NCBI RefSeq assembly: GCF_009914755.1
Contig: NC_060947.1
Strand: one strand, 5' to 3'
Source: the human T2T-CHM13v2.0 reference genome, Homo sapiens
Length of the DNA stretch: 64,000 bases
A program made the position numbers and the translations under genes. The notes beneath the pieces were generated by a model. The model ran no database searches. It worked only from the letters and a program-made list of their open reading frames with translations, and had not been told where the DNA came from. Below, piece by piece: positions 33,630 through 48,859 of this stretch. The stretch's first letter is position 1, and each line of letters opens with the position of its first letter.

Positions 33630-35040
33630 CTTCTTGCCAAGGTCACTTAAGACCTCCATGTTACCAAAACCAATAGTGTTCCTTTTGTCCTCATCTAAAT
33701 TGATATTCCACCAGTATTCAACACAGTTGACTACTCTCTCCTCCAACAGTCTCTTCTCTCAGCTTCTGTGACAATACATATTTTTCTTAATTCTCCAGTA
33801 TCTTTGACTACTCCTCTTCAGTCCATTTTGAAGATGCTTCTCTATCCAATGGACTCCTCCTGTATCCAATATCTAAATTTTTGAGTGGCCCAGCACTAGT
33901 TTCTAGGGCTTCCTCTCTTCCCTATCTGCACTCTCACTGAGTGATCTCCTCTACTCCCATGGGATTAAATATCATCTATATGTTGACTTCATCCATATTT
34001 ATATCCCCAACTCCAAACTCTCCTTTATATGGTAGGCTCACATAACCAACTAGCTAGACATCTACTTGGATATCTCAAAGGCATCTTAGACTTAACCTGC
34101 CCCAAAATAGAACTCTTTATTCGTACCATCTTCCCTACCTCCCATTCCCCAAATATAATTTCCTTTCCCAGTCTTTCCTATCTCATCAAAAGGAACAACC
34201 ATCTACCAGGCTATTGAAGCCAGAAACAGCAAATTGTTTTGGATTCTGCTATCTCTCTCATCTCCAACATCTAATCAGCAAGTTCCATAGTTTCTAGCTC
34301 CTCTGCCAAAAATCTCATACATGTCCACTCTTTTTAAATTTTCATTGCCAATACCCTACTGTAAGCCACCATCACTTCTTGCCTATACTACTGTAATGAA
34401 TGCTTAACTGATTACCCAGTTTATGCTCTCCCCTTCCCTGCAGTCTATTCTGCACACATTAGCCAGATTAAGCTTTTAAAAGAGTTTCCCTTGCATTTTA
34501 AATGAAGCCCATGCTCCTTTCTATGGACTACAAAGCTGTAAATAACCTGGACTTTGTCTACTTCTTCCATCTCCTCTGTAGCCACTTTCCTCCAATACTA
34601 CTAGTTATATGTCTACTTTCAGGTCTGTGAGCAAGGTAAGCTCTTTCCTGTCTCAGGCTCCTTACACATGCTGATTTTTCTGCATGCTGCCTGGAATTTA
34701 CTTTATTTCCCCTACTCCTTGCTTCTCTTCACCAGACTAATTTTTTAGCAAAAACCTCTCCATATGCAAAACTTCCTTCCCTGACTGCAATTTTTAAGTA
34801 TGCTCCCCTGTCATCCTATGCAACTTCTCTCCTGTGTTTTCTTCATACATCTATCATAACTTGAAAAGATATGTTTATTGGCTATTTTCTTGTTGATTAT
34901 CTGTCTCCCCCATTGTACTTTAAACTCTATAGGGGCATAGACAACATCTATTTTATTCTATTAATGATAATTGCATTACATAGTACCTAGCACAGTGCTT
35001 GGCATATATAGTTCCTTAGAAATATGTATTGAATGAAATA
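33630..35040 (+). mobile_element. L2 fragment with 3' end
   Basis: GTATTCAACACAGTTGACTACTCTCTCCT, CATCTATATGTTGAC, CTAGCACAGTGCTTGGCA...TATTGAATGAA. Confidence 0.85.
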
Positions 35041-35186
35041 GCAAGCATGCAACAGTGTACCTAGTTGGTGTGATTTGAAGAGGATGGCGAGGTTGTCCCT
35101 AATCCCATTCTAAAAAGCTCTCTCTCCACATCCCATTCAACTTACAGCACTATGTGAAACTCTCATTTGAATCAATCCTTTCATAA

Positions 35187-35530
35187 GGCATCAGTTGGGA
35201 AACTACAGCCCACGGACCAAATCTAGACCGCCTCCTGTTTTTTTGTGTTGTTTTGTTTTGTTTTGTTTGTATGTCCAAGCTAAGAATTTTTTTACATTTT
35301 TACATGGTTGAAAAAAAAACAAGAGATGAATAATATTTTGTGACATGAAAACATGATATTCGGTTTATTTCTTTATTGGAACAGAGCTACTCCAATTTGT
35401 TTATGAATTGTCTATTGCTGATGTCAGACTGCAACAGCTGAGTTAAATAGTTGCAACAAAGACAGTATGGCCTGCAAAGCCTAAAATATTTACTATTTGG
35501 CCTTTTACAGAAAAAGTGTGCCAATACATG
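35187..35530. mobile_element. MER58B-like (hAT-Charlie)
   Basis: AAACTACAGCCCACGGACCAAATC...GGCCTGCAAAGCCTAAAATATTTACTAT. Confidence 0.85.
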
Positions 35531-37019
35531 GGCTAACATATTGTAGGATCCTTTGAAAATGCATAAATTGCCTGAGAAAAGTAGCAAAGCGAGATATTAT
35601 CTATCTGCCATCATCACTCAAACCTGGATTTGATTATTTGACCTGTTTTAGTCATTCAAAAGAGGATTGAGAAAAATAGTATAGATCAAGAGAAATTTTA
35701 TAAGAGAAAGAGAGAAAGGCATGCCTTAAGCAAGTATCCCTGACCACCTCTGGGGAGAAGAGCCACATTTAAGTTGTCCTACACTTTGAAGTCATGAGGA
35801 GAGGCTAGGGAAAGGGGACTGTGGTATTTATGAGGAACCTGGTGAATGAACAGTATGAAGAACAGCGGGTGGGAGGAGGTCTGCCTCCAGGGGAAAAGAA
35901 ACGAGCGGCTTCCTGCCCATATCTCCTCCTACGGGCTGACGCTGAAATTGCCTGGGAGTTACAGAGAAGACAGCCCAGTAGAGGCCTAAGGCCCCGCTAT
36001 GGAGTGGGTCAGGCTTCCCGTTCATGGTTTCCACTGTGATGAACTTTGGAAATGCTTGGCAATACTTGGGCTGGGAAGCTGCCCACCTGAGAGGGGGTGC
36101 TGAATTGAAAGTTGTTTGGAGAAGCACCGAGCATCATGAAAGCCCTGTGTCCCTGGAGGACGGGGGAAGGGGAAAGTAGAACTTAATTCACTATTCTGCT
36201 CTTTGTTCTCCTTTGTACAAGTCCTCCAGATTTAGGTTTGCAGTTGCCAAGATCTATCAAGTCCCATGGCTTCGAAGTCCTCTGTGACTGCCCTAAACTG
36301 AAAACTGGATGATTGGGATTTCCGCCCTCTCCAAACTCTTTTCCTCCGCCAAGGGGATGCCATGCCCTGGGCCTGTGAGGGTTTTTCCCAGGAGAGCTGA
36401 CTGGTGTGCTCTTTTAGCTGTCTGCTTACCTCCCCAGCAATTGCCTTGTACACCCCCACACAGACAAAACTCTCTTTCCCTCCCCCATCAGGCAAATTAT
36501 TCCTGCTCCTCAGTGTGAGTCACTACACAGTAAGAGCTACCACAAGCCAGATTACTGCGTCAGCAGCCTCAACATGCTGTTTTTTTTTTTTTTAAATGGA
36601 TGGGGAAATAGGAGGGAGAGAAGAAGTGGGGAACGGAACAAAGTGAGCAAACCACAAACCAAAGGGATAGCTCTGGTCTTCTACTTCCTACTGGCATGGA
36701 GCGGCTTTTGATGTGTTAGGCAGCCTTCCATTTGCTACTGACTTTTGTCTCCCTTGCTCTTTATGTTCTATTTGTTCCCTTGTAGATTAAGGAGTTTATT
36801 TTTGGCTATGGTGTTAGGGCCCCAAGGGGACCCCCAGAGCCATCACAAAGGGGATTTAGGGCAGGAGCCTGGTGAACATTCTCATGGACATAGGTGTAGT
36901 CTAGTCCTACAAAGTTGAAGACACTGTTGGAACAATAAACATAGCATTGAGATCCAAGGACAATATAGGGAATTCATGACAGTAACAGAATAGGGCAGAG
37001 TGGAAGAGCCCTTAACCCT

Positions 37020-37290
37020 GGTAATAATAATAATATTAGTAAATTATTATTAAAACACTGTTTTGAGACACATGCATGTATACACACACATATATAAGGT
37101 GTTTAATATAAACCTCACAACAATACAATGAGGTAGGTAGTGATATTAATGCCACATCCAAGATGAGAAAACCAAGAGCTCTCAGGTAAAGCAATTGCCC
37201 CAAAGTCTCTAGGTTACTAAGACAGAGAGTCAGAATTTGAGTCTAGGAATGTGGCACTGGAGCCCATGCCCTTAGTCACTATACCGCCAC
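37020..37290 (-). mobile_element. MIR
   Basis: CCTCACAACAA...GAGGTAGGTA...AGATGAGAAAAC. Confidence 0.65.
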
Positions 37291-38049
37291 TCAGACAAAG
37301 AATTAGTGCTTAAACATTAGTGGCCGTTATGACTTTAGATGTGAGAGAATCGTTCGATCAATCTTTTCCTTCCACAGCAGACATTCTGACATGTAGCTCT
37401 CAGTGGAAGTGGGGAAAGATAGAAGGAAGTAAAAATATGAGATGTTGTTCATTTCCACCTGTCCCTTGCCCTGTTGCTTACATTTAGGCTTGTACTTAGC
37501 ATTGGCTGGGATTGGCAGAGTTCAGTCTGCCAAAATTCTTGGAGGCTGGTACTACAGCTTTCAAAAGCTCCTTGGAAAAAAAATGCTATCTGTGGCTTGG
37601 ATTTTAAAGAATAAAAATGAAAAAAAGGTCTTTGAGTGAAAGCTTCAAGCCCTCTGTGATCCTTTGTGTCTGTATCAGGGATTTGCTGCTCACAGGCTCC
37701 TTGCCTCCCACCATTCTTTCTCACTTAGTAGGGTATTATAGGACTATTCATACTCTTAAGGGACAGTATACAAATTTTGAACTTAAAGAAAAGTTTTTGG
37801 TAAGAGACAGTGAAGGAAGCAGTGACTCACAAATGGAAATTTTCAACCAGTCAGAACATTCTGTCTGATGCATTTGACCAATGATATGGTATGGAAAGAG
37901 TCTGCTATCATCCCCATCTTCAAAATCAAAAGCTGCCTGGGCTAGCTATCATGCTTTCTACTGAAACAAAGTTCACCAACAGAAATTTTCTGGTATTGGC
38001 TACTGGACAAAATTGCAGCCATGTGTGCCCAGAATCACACTGTAGATTT

Positions 38050-38700
<651 letters not shown>

Positions 38701-39004
38701 AAAGAGCATTAAAAGGCCTGGATACTCTCAAAGAGCTTTCAGCTGAACCTGTAGATCAAAGGACAACCTTTATATATGGAGAATGGGTGATATTAATGGT
38801 CATGGGCAGAGATCTACATATATAGTTATATACAGATATATGTTGCAACTCAAGACCAATCAGCAATTACCATAAAGAATATTAACATTTAACACATAGA
38901 GCAATACAATTAAATTGAAATGCTGATGACCACCAACTATAGATCTTCCTAACTTCAACATAGCAGAGACAGATGGAAATGTTATAAACCAGCTATAATT
39001 TTCC

Positions 39005-39314
<310 letters not shown>

Positions 39315-41762
39315 TAATTTTCATTTTTTAAAGAAAGTCTTGTGACCAGCTTTAAAAGGAATGGAAGGAGGTAAGAAGAAAAGATAGGAGCTAAGAATGG
39401 TGAAGCAGGGTTCTACTAGAATGAAAGTTTGAAGGGAAAAGCTAATGTTATTCTTTAAAATCTGCATCTGCCTAAAATTTTTGGCAAAAAGTTTTACAAG
39501 GTTGTTATGCCAACTACCTGGTCAGCTGCCCTACCTGTCCAGTCTTGTGCACCAGAGGTTCTTAACCTGGGGCTTTGGCGGATCCTTGAGGTTACATGCA
39601 GAACTCTGTGGGGGTTTCTTTGTGTTGATGAATGTGTGCACATTTTTCTATAGAGAGAAATTGTTCACCTTTTTGATATTAGCTGGGTTATCATGATACT
39701 ACTTCTTATTTTTGCCTTTAGCTATAACATATTTTCCGTCAGTGCAATTAAGATATATGTTTCTGGCCAGAATAGTGCCTATAAAAACAATTGAAAAAAA
39801 ACATAGAAGATGTAAACTTAACACTCTCTAGAATATTAGGCTGATACCTGGATCCTGTGGCTCAGTAAGAATAATTTGTCTCACTGTATGATTCCATATC
39901 ATATCTAGTTAGGGAAGAAAGAAGATGAACCTACACCTAAAAATCACCTACTATGTGCTGGGCACTATCATTCATCTATTAATTCAACAAGTGTTTATTG
40001 AATGTCTACTATGTTTACATACATTATTATGTTTTCTAAGATCCAAACAATCAGTATTATTTCCCACATTTTATGGATGAAGAAATGAACATTCAGAGAG
40101 GTTCAGAGTGAGAGTAATTAATTGCCAAAGTTCAAACAGGAAATGTTAGAATGGAGTTTTGAACTTTGGCCTTGCCTGACTCAAAGCATGAGTTACTATC
40201 CTTAACTCCATTTTACAAGTAAAAAGACTGAGGCCTGGGGAAGCAAAATAGGTGACGCAAAGTCACAAGTAACAAGGTGGTGGGAAGTACCTTGGGCTGC
40301 CCCAGGCTTCTGTTCTCTGGGTAAGACCTTCTGAGGAGCCAGCACTCACAGCCTGTATTTGAGGCTCTTCCAAGCACCCTGGCACTGCTCAGATTGCCTT
40401 TTCCAGAGCAGACATGCCTCTATGCACTTGTTTCCAGGGGAACTGAAACTATTAGATTACAGGCTTCTCTGGCTAAAGTGACAAATGGCTCCTCCAACCA
40501 GCCAGCTGCCTTACTGAATCTTCCAAGACAGACTTTCCTAACAGAACAAATGCAAAAAAAAAGTCAGCTATTTGTGACATTATTGTTCGACTTCACATTT
40601 TGGCCTACCCCCAGGTTGTGACTGAGAAGTCTGACTTTTGGCTACCTATTACTGGTTTGTAATTGATCATTCTCTCCCCTTTAGCTGCCCCGTAGAAACC
40701 TTAGTCAGTGTTTAATGTTAGTTTCTTAAATTAGGGCTGCTTTTGGTCTAAGTCATTCCTACTCACACTACATCTATTAAAGGTTATAGGCCTTGAGATC
40801 AAAGCTGTAATGAGTAGCATGATGCTCCAAGATTGTTCATGGAAAGAAAACAAGGGCAAATGCTTCAGGCTTTCCCTGAGAATATGTGAAATGTATGTTG
40901 CTTCAGAGATCAGACAGAAGTCTTAGCCCCCAACTTCTAGAGGCTAATGATGAAAGACCTGACATGACATCACATACTCTTAGGGTCGGAGTCACATGGC
41001 CACACCCACATCCACACTTCTACCGTACCCATGGTAAGAGTGGGAGCACCGATGCTCTTCTGTCCCATACATACAATGGCACTCCTAATCTGCCCAGTGC
41101 TAGTTCTCTGTTTGTGCAGTTCCCTGGAGTCTTCTGCTTCAGTTATCCAAACAAAATTTCGGGAGAATGAGAAAATAACTCTTGCTTTTTCACTTCTTAA
41201 TATGAAATGAAAATGGTGGGAGTTGTTGAACAAGACCTACAGATAGTCTGCCTAGGACCCTTTAGCTCCAGAAGAATAACCTTGGGCCTCAGGAGAGTTC
41301 TAAATCACATGGAACGAAAGAGGCAGGGGTTAGACATTTCCTGGGCTGAGGACATCATTGGTACTTTCTGGAGTTTTGGCCAGTTACAATTTCATTACAT
41401 CACCATAAGAATACCCTACCTACTCTACCATAAACTTTTAGACTCTAAGATTTCTCAGAATCATCACTATATTCACAGAACCGTTGGGTATACTTCGGGC
41501 TTCCTTGGAAACCTGAACAATCCAAGTTCATCCCTTGCTAAGATGACAACCTTGAAAAACCCAGATTCATCTACTTCCAGAAGCCTATTGTACCAGAAAG
41601 TCACACTCTGGATGTGGTCAGGGCTTTTGCTTTTCCGGTGATTACAAATTCCAACCTTCTCTACCTCAGCCCTCATGGTTATGATCATTGCTCAAAGTAG
41701 CTGGTTGACAAATCCATATGCATATCATTTGACCAGGCCCTTGCTTTTAAAATTAAGTGTTT

Positions 41763-42156
41763 CCAAAACTCATGCGAACTGTGACCTCCAATGTGCCCGT
41801 GTCAGGAGGTGGGGCCTAGTGGGAGGTGTTTTGGTCACCAGGGAATATCTTTTATGAATAACTTGGTGGTGTTCTCTTGATAGTGAGTGAGTTTTCACTC
41901 CAATAAGACTTCATTAGTTCTCATGGAAATGAATTAGTTCCCAGGAGCATGGGTTGTAATAATGCCAGGACATTCCTTTAGTTTTATCTCTTTGCATGAG
42001 TCCACTTCCCCTTTGACTTTCCCTGAGATGGTTTGACCTACCACGCGGCCCTCATCAGAAGCTGAGCAAATGCCGGCACCATGCTTCTTGTACTTTCCAG
42101 CCTGCAGAACCTTGAGCTAAATAAACATCTTTTAAAAATAATAATAATAAAAAAAA
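41763..42156 (+). mobile_element. MST-type MaLR LTR lacking U5 and ending in an A-rich tail (retroposed copy)
   Basis: GAGGTGGGGCCTAGTGGGAGGTG...ATGCCGGCACCATGCTTCTTG...CAGCCTGCAGAACC.TGAGC; AATAAA at 42120, then A-tail; flanks A(A/G)GTGTTT. Confidence 0.8.
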
Positions 42157-43461
42157 GGTGTTTGAACAACTTTAAGGAAAGATGAAACCCAAGGTCAGTC
42201 TATACTTCTCCAGAGCTATGTTTACTGCAGAGACAGTAGGGGATGTGGTGGGGGTGGGATTAAGATATGATACCTTGAATCTTCTGGAGATTTCTTCAGC
42301 ATCTCTGAGGGACTTGACTTAGTAGTAACTGGAGTATTGCATTTCATCCTGGCAGCCTCCTGAAGATTTGAATGGCAGGTAAATAGAACCAAGTTCATTG
42401 TCTAAACATCATTCTTCAACTCCATACACACTCATTATGTGTCTTCTAGGTACAAGACATTGTCTGCTGAATAAAGGTCTGCAAACATATTTGTTCTCAC
42501 ATTTTTTGGTAGTCTGTCTTCCTTTACTGCTATTTCTCATGATCAGGCTAGAATAGATAAATGGGATAATATCCAGGATGTGCAGGGAAAACCCAGCTCA
42601 ACTTTCTGCTCAGCATGTGACTCCGAGAACATTCAATGGAACTTACCCAGGCCTCGTGGAAGAGGTGGTACTTGGTCTAGTTTACAGGAAGCTTTTTAGC
42701 TGAATCGTACAGTAAGTGAAAAAAGCATTTTTCTCTTGAAAAGCCAAGATTTTCCAAACCCAGATATGTATATGAGAGTACTTTTATCTATGGCTCTAAT
42801 AACATTATCTTTCACCCATCAAATGCCAGAATAGTGAATTTTTTCCTCAGATAATTGCATATCTAAATGTTAAGTGTATGTAACAACTCTTAAATATGAA
42901 TCTAACATTGATATGTATTTACCAAAGACCCGGGAGATGTTTCACTAGAAAATATGAACCTTAAAGTTTCAATTCACATCATTTACTCAGTTGGCAAACA
43001 GAACTTAGAGTTGAAAGTGAGGAAATCAGGGATTCTGGATATGCCAGAGACCAGAGTGTCTTTTAAGTAGAACATAGTAAGATAGGAAGTTGCCCAGCTT
43101 ACCTAATCCTACTATTTTGCCAAGACAAGGATCTCCTTGGAAAACTAGGGAAAAGTTCAAATGACATCTGGGTAAGGTTCCTGTAGGAGTTCATTCTTTG
43201 CTTTCGTAAGCTCATTGTGCAATTGCATAATTCAGGAGAGGTGGCTGTTGGAGAAATGTCATGGGGCCTTACTAAGTGTGTGTCGGGGGAGTTCTACTTA
43301 GTGTACCCAGCCCAAATTCCAGGAAGGAAAGATGCCTTTAGTGAAAGGAATTCCTTTAACATGTAAGCCTAGACTTCAGATTCAGAGAAAAAAATGAGTC
43401 ATGAAACAGTGTGGACTAGATGCTACTGCAGGGAATCCTGTACGATCACTTTTGCTCTGAC

Positions 43462-43530
43462 TGTGTGAATGTGTTTGTGTGTGTGTGTGTGTGTGTTTGT
43501 CTGTGAGAGAGAGAGAGAGAGAGAGAGAGA
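43462..43530. repeat. (TG)n(GA)n microsatellite
   Basis: Direct reading. Confidence 0.95.
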
Positions 43531-45408
43531 CACTCCTTGGTGTGAGGACAGAGGAGCAGAGAGAAAGAGATGTCCTTGAAAGGTGTATTCTGTGTGTATG
43601 TATGGAGCACCTCACTTTCCTCCTTACTTTCTCCACTTTTACTTACCCCCATCTTCACCTCTAAGCCTAACCCAGACAATCATTTAGAAAATCCAACCCT
43701 GAGTCACTTGGAAAGCAGTCCTTTAAGGGAATCTTTAATGCAATCTGTGGCTCAGACCAATTAGTCCGTTATCCCTGGAAACATGGCTGATTCAGAACAC
43801 TTTGCTAGGTTTTTTGACTCACATCTTTCAGTTTAGCTCTTGAGCGGATAATAATACTCAAGGCCCAGAGACAGAAGCTCAGGCCCATGGGACTGTCTGG
43901 GCACAAAGGTAGTCAAGGGATTGTTCATCTTCTTTATCCATCAGGGTCCAGAAACTAGCCTCCTCTCTATCTGAAACAACTAGCGTCTGTGCCAGGATAT
44001 TCTTCATTGGTATACCACCCCCAGTGAACTGTGGGCCCCACGTGCATCCCCGCAAAAAGAAGTATGTTTATTTAAATTGAATGTGGTAAATAAGCATGGA
44101 GGAGAGACTTGGAGACCAAAGAAGGTGAGGGGCTCTCATGGAGTCTCATAGAGCAAGAATAGGGAGGATTTAAAGGAAGGAGATGGTGCCATATCTAAGC
44201 AGCCCGCCTCAACTTAGCCACTCATTTTAATGTATTCATGAGTACATCGATCTTTTTAAACTCCTCTGAGTAAAGGCTCCAGCTTCTTTGTCCTTCCCTG
44301 CTCCCCTCCACCCCCTCCATCCACCAACCACCTGGTCTCTGGTCTCCGCTGCTGGGTGGGAACTCTCAGAGTGCAGGGTCAGGGCAATCACCCCATTAGC
44401 CATACCCTGGGGACAGTCTGGGTCACTGCCCTTTCAGAAAGATTTGCCTAACAGAAGGGGAGGGGTTGGAGGAAGAGCTAGAGAAAGGCATAGAAAGAGA
44501 TTAAGGACACAGGAAGGGGAGGGGTTGCCATATGGCATAAAGGAAGCATGATTAAAAAGATTAGCTGCTGTTCAATCAGAGAGACTTGTGTGTGGGGCAG
44601 GGGACACGTTAGAAACCTAGAGAATCACAAAGAGCCTCGTGGAGTGAACAATGAATTTCAAAAGAGAAAAAAGAAAGAATGTCTTTTAAGTTTATGAGGT
44701 GATTTTAAGCCAAATCAAGGGAAGTCTGATTTTATGCAGTGGAGAGAATCCATTACCATGAGAAACAGCACAAGCTGGCAATATAAGTCACATTCCCAAA
44801 AAAGCACAAAAAAATGTACTATTAATAAACCCACAATGGAGTATTAAAGGAATGGTAGCTGATATTCAAGAGGCCAATTCATCCCTTGGAGGCCCTGTGA
44901 AAGATAGACTCCTGAGCTGAAGAAGGGGGCTGATCCAGCTTTTTCCATTTTTAGGTTTTTGGGCAATGTAGGGAAGAGCTGCTCTCATTTCCAATACCAT
45001 TGATCTCTACATGTTCCCCCTAGAGAAGAATCAACCTACTAAAAATGATATTTTCTAGATGTCTTCTAAAGATTTTGCAAATCAGATTTCTACAATCTAC
45101 CATGTTATAAATAATTTTGAATTTGGAGGCATAAACAACAGTTACACAAATATCCTAGCCCAGGTTGTAAATGTAATTAGACCTAAGGATCAGAATAAAA
45201 GTGGAAACCTACGACACACTTCAATTTTGCTAAAGTGAAGGGAAGTATTGAGGCAATTACAGGGTACTTTGGGAAACTCCACGACAATTGAGAGCAAGGC
45301 TGACTCGGAAGATGAGCTGCTTTCATAAGGGTCACTTTTAGAAGCACCAAGGCGGTAAGTAGCAAATGGAAAGACAGAAAGAGGGACTTATTCTCACCTT
45401 GTAACAAA

Positions 45409-45409
<1 letters not shown>

Positions 45410-45461
<52 letters not shown>
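45410..45461. repeat. (CA)n microsatellite, about 25 units
   Basis: Direct reading. Confidence 0.97.
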
Positions 45462-45463
<2 letters not shown>

Positions 45464-46298
45464 CAATGCCTAGCCTGTGAGAGTGATCAGAGCAGATATT
45501 CACTGAAGCTGAATTCTACCTTGTCACAGGTAATCCCAGAAACATGTCAGCCAGTCAAGAATCACCGGATGGCATCCAAATTCAGAATGGCCCCACACAG
45601 AGGCAAGATGTTTATGAGGCTCTTTTGGGGTTGACTGCACTACAACAAATTTTAGATGTAACAGAATAATTTAAATATTTCCCTAGGGACTGCTTTAGAA
45701 TGGATAGGACATTTTTTAATCACTTGAAGTTGCTGCCAAGGGAGACATTAAAAATGGATGGATCGTTTTGGGTGATTTTAAGGAACTGGCAAAGGACCTG
45801 TTGAAAGCATGACTTTACTTTGCTCTTCAGATTCATTGCCAAGGGTAATGACATTACTTTTGCTAGGGGCAAAATCAGTCAGCTTCAGTAATTGTGGCCA
45901 AGCAAGCTGCTAGCAGCAATGCCAGAACATTGTTGCTGAAAAAATAGAATTTATATTAAGAATTCCAGGAAGTCAAAAGGTTTCTGGGTAATGTATAAAT
46001 CATAGAAAAATTTTTTATACTTTTCAGATCAAATGTTGCCTCTCCAGTGATGTAATAAATTCAACAGGCCACGAGGCCTTTGCGTCTTACTTCAAGCTGC
46101 TTTGAAGACCTAATTGTCCGTTTAACGATGTAATGCTCTATTTATCAGAAACACCCTCTCTGAAGCCCTTAAGGAATGACTAGGAGGAGGGGACCTCCAT
46201 CCTTGAATTAGAGCTATTAAAGAGCTGCCTTCTTGTGATCCAGGTACTTTCTCCTTCCAGGAGGGGGTCCTTGCTCTTCATAAATGCCCCCTGGGACT

Positions 46299-46591
46299 GT
46301 TTTTTTTAAGACATGGTCTTGCTCTTTTTGCTCAGGCTGGAGTGCAATGGCACGATCTCTGCTTACTGCAACCTTCACCTCCTGAGTTCAAATGATTCTC
46401 CTGCCTCAACCTCTTTAGTAGTTAGGATTACAGGTGCCCACCACCATGCCCGGCTAATTTTTATATTTTTAGTAGAGATGGGGTTTCACCATGTTGGTCA
46501 GGCTGGTCTCGAACTCCTGACCTCAGGTGATCCGCCTGCCTCAGCCACCCAAAGTGCTGGGATTTACAGGCATGAGCCGCCAAGCCTGGCC
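46299..46591 (-). mobile_element. AluSx/Sq
   Basis: Alu dimer; TSD TGCCCCCTGGGACT. Confidence 0.95.
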
Positions 46592-47547
46592 TGCCCCCTG
46601 GGACTTTTGAAGTCAGCCTCCTTCCCAGCACCTTGTGTTACCAGGAACTTTATATTCACTAGAAAATGGATTTTTATTAACTTTAGGTCTTCTTGTCTGT
46701 CCCTGATGCCATCTTTGTCCCCATTAGCAACATGGATCCTTAAGCTAAAAAAAATTACTACTTTGTACATGTTAGTTGTGCAAAAATAAGCAAACACAAA
46801 AAAAGCACAAAGAGGAAAATGTTAAGTAACTATACATTCAACCACTACAAGATTATCTCCATGTACCACTTAATGGTTTTAATTTTTCCAAAATTCCACC
46901 TATGCCTTTTCATGCTTTCTTCCCCCTTGGGGTGGCAAGCTCCCCAGAGCCATCTCAATCTGATTCATAACAGTGCAGTAACTTCTGGTTATTAAAACTG
47001 GCCCATTCTGGTTCTGAAGACTTTGTTCCTTTTGTTTTGCAACTTTAATCTCTTATTTGATTCAAAGTTCTCCTCCTCCTCACTCCCTCTCTGTGCTTTT
47101 TGTCCCACTCCCTTTGTGGTACATGTGTACTTCTAGTGTTGGGGTCAGAGAAAGAAAGAAAACAATTCACCACTGCGAAGGCTATCATTTGCCACCTCCT
47201 CTCATCAAATCTGCAATTGGGCTGTCCCTTGCATCTTCTAGCTGCTGGCCTGTCTCTGCATTTCTCTGAAGCTTGTGCCTCTTGACTCCCTGCTGTGTGT
47301 ATTTTTCTTGGGAGTAGGGTAGGGCTGGAAAACCCATAGCTCCCAATCTCCTCCAGGGCCCTTGTTTCCATACCTCTTGGACACCAGAAATTCAAGGAAA
47401 ATATTTTTTGCTTCCTATTTACCTGGCAACTCCATCACCCTATTCTAGAGTTCTTGACCCATTTCCAGTGGCTCTAGGCCTAGTCTGCAAAGCAGGATTG
47501 GTGATTAAGCACAAGTCTAACCACTGCTGTTCTCTGAGGCCTCTCTC

Positions 47548-47726
47548 TAGTGGTGCACTGGAACCAGCTCATCCCAGCTCATGAAAGTCAATTGTTAAAT
47601 TTTCTGAAAATGTGTTAGCCAGTTGATGGATGTCACATTGGTAGCTTGAAATTGGCCATGGTGGGAGTGTTTACACAACATAGATACCTCCAATGAGTTG
47701 TTAAACATTTACCAGCACACCATTGC
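47548..47726. mobile_element. MER63-like (hAT-Blackjack)
   Basis: AGTGGTGCACTGG...GTAGCTTGAAATTGGCCATGGTGGGAGT...TTAAACATTTACCAGCACACCATTG. Confidence 0.75.
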
Positions 47727-48072
47727 CTCTCTTTCACCAAGAAGAGGAGTAGTAGGGATAGGAATAGGTTTCTCTTCACCATCATTGCAGTTTTCAAAAG
47801 GCAACCTCTATTCTCTTTTCAGGCCAACTCTTGATGGGTAGCTGGGGTGGAGGTGATGATAGGGTCAGTTCAGCTGAAATGGGACCTTTTTAAATAGCTA
47901 TGGGAAGTGGCTGGCCCTGATAACTGGGGCTATTAGATTGCTTTTAATGGCTGCCTACCATTTCATTGTATCAATGCACCATGACTTTTGGAATCAATCT
48001 CTCATTTTGGACATTAGATTATTTCCAGTCTTTTACTATGTTAAAGAATGATGTAAAGAACATACTTACTGG

Positions 48073-48471
<399 letters not shown>

Positions 48472-48859
48472 TCAATAAATGTTGGTTATTATTACAATTA
48501 TGATAATAAAGAGGAGGATTTTTAAGTAAAGTTTCCAGGCTCAGTTGAGGACATGGATGATACTTATCATACCTTTCCACTTACCTTTCTCATCAACATC
48601 CTTAATTCTGGCAGTCAGAATTATATCCCCCAGGCAGGAAATTGGAAGCTTCCTCTCTGGGAAATTTGATTGGCTTAAGAGAAAAGGCCCACAGATACCA
48701 ATAATTGTAGGGTCTCCCAATGAAGTGGCCAGGTCCACCTAAGGACATAAGGCTAATCAATCAATAATTGCCCCCCCGCATCTCCCCACACACAGATTTT
48801 CAGTTTCCACACTCCTAAATACAAATGAATAATTAAGAATAGTCAAGCATTGGGGAAAA

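Noticed and set aside
35820-36560. Slight CpG enrichment and a TGCTGACGCA-like motif suggesting a promoter
   Set aside because: Not a CpG island, and no linked exon structure that I can support
41207-41688. 144-aa and 71-aa ORFs in apparently unique sequence
   Set aside because: No recognisable domain or splice context; may be a very old LINE remnant (HTLDVV-like motif) or chance
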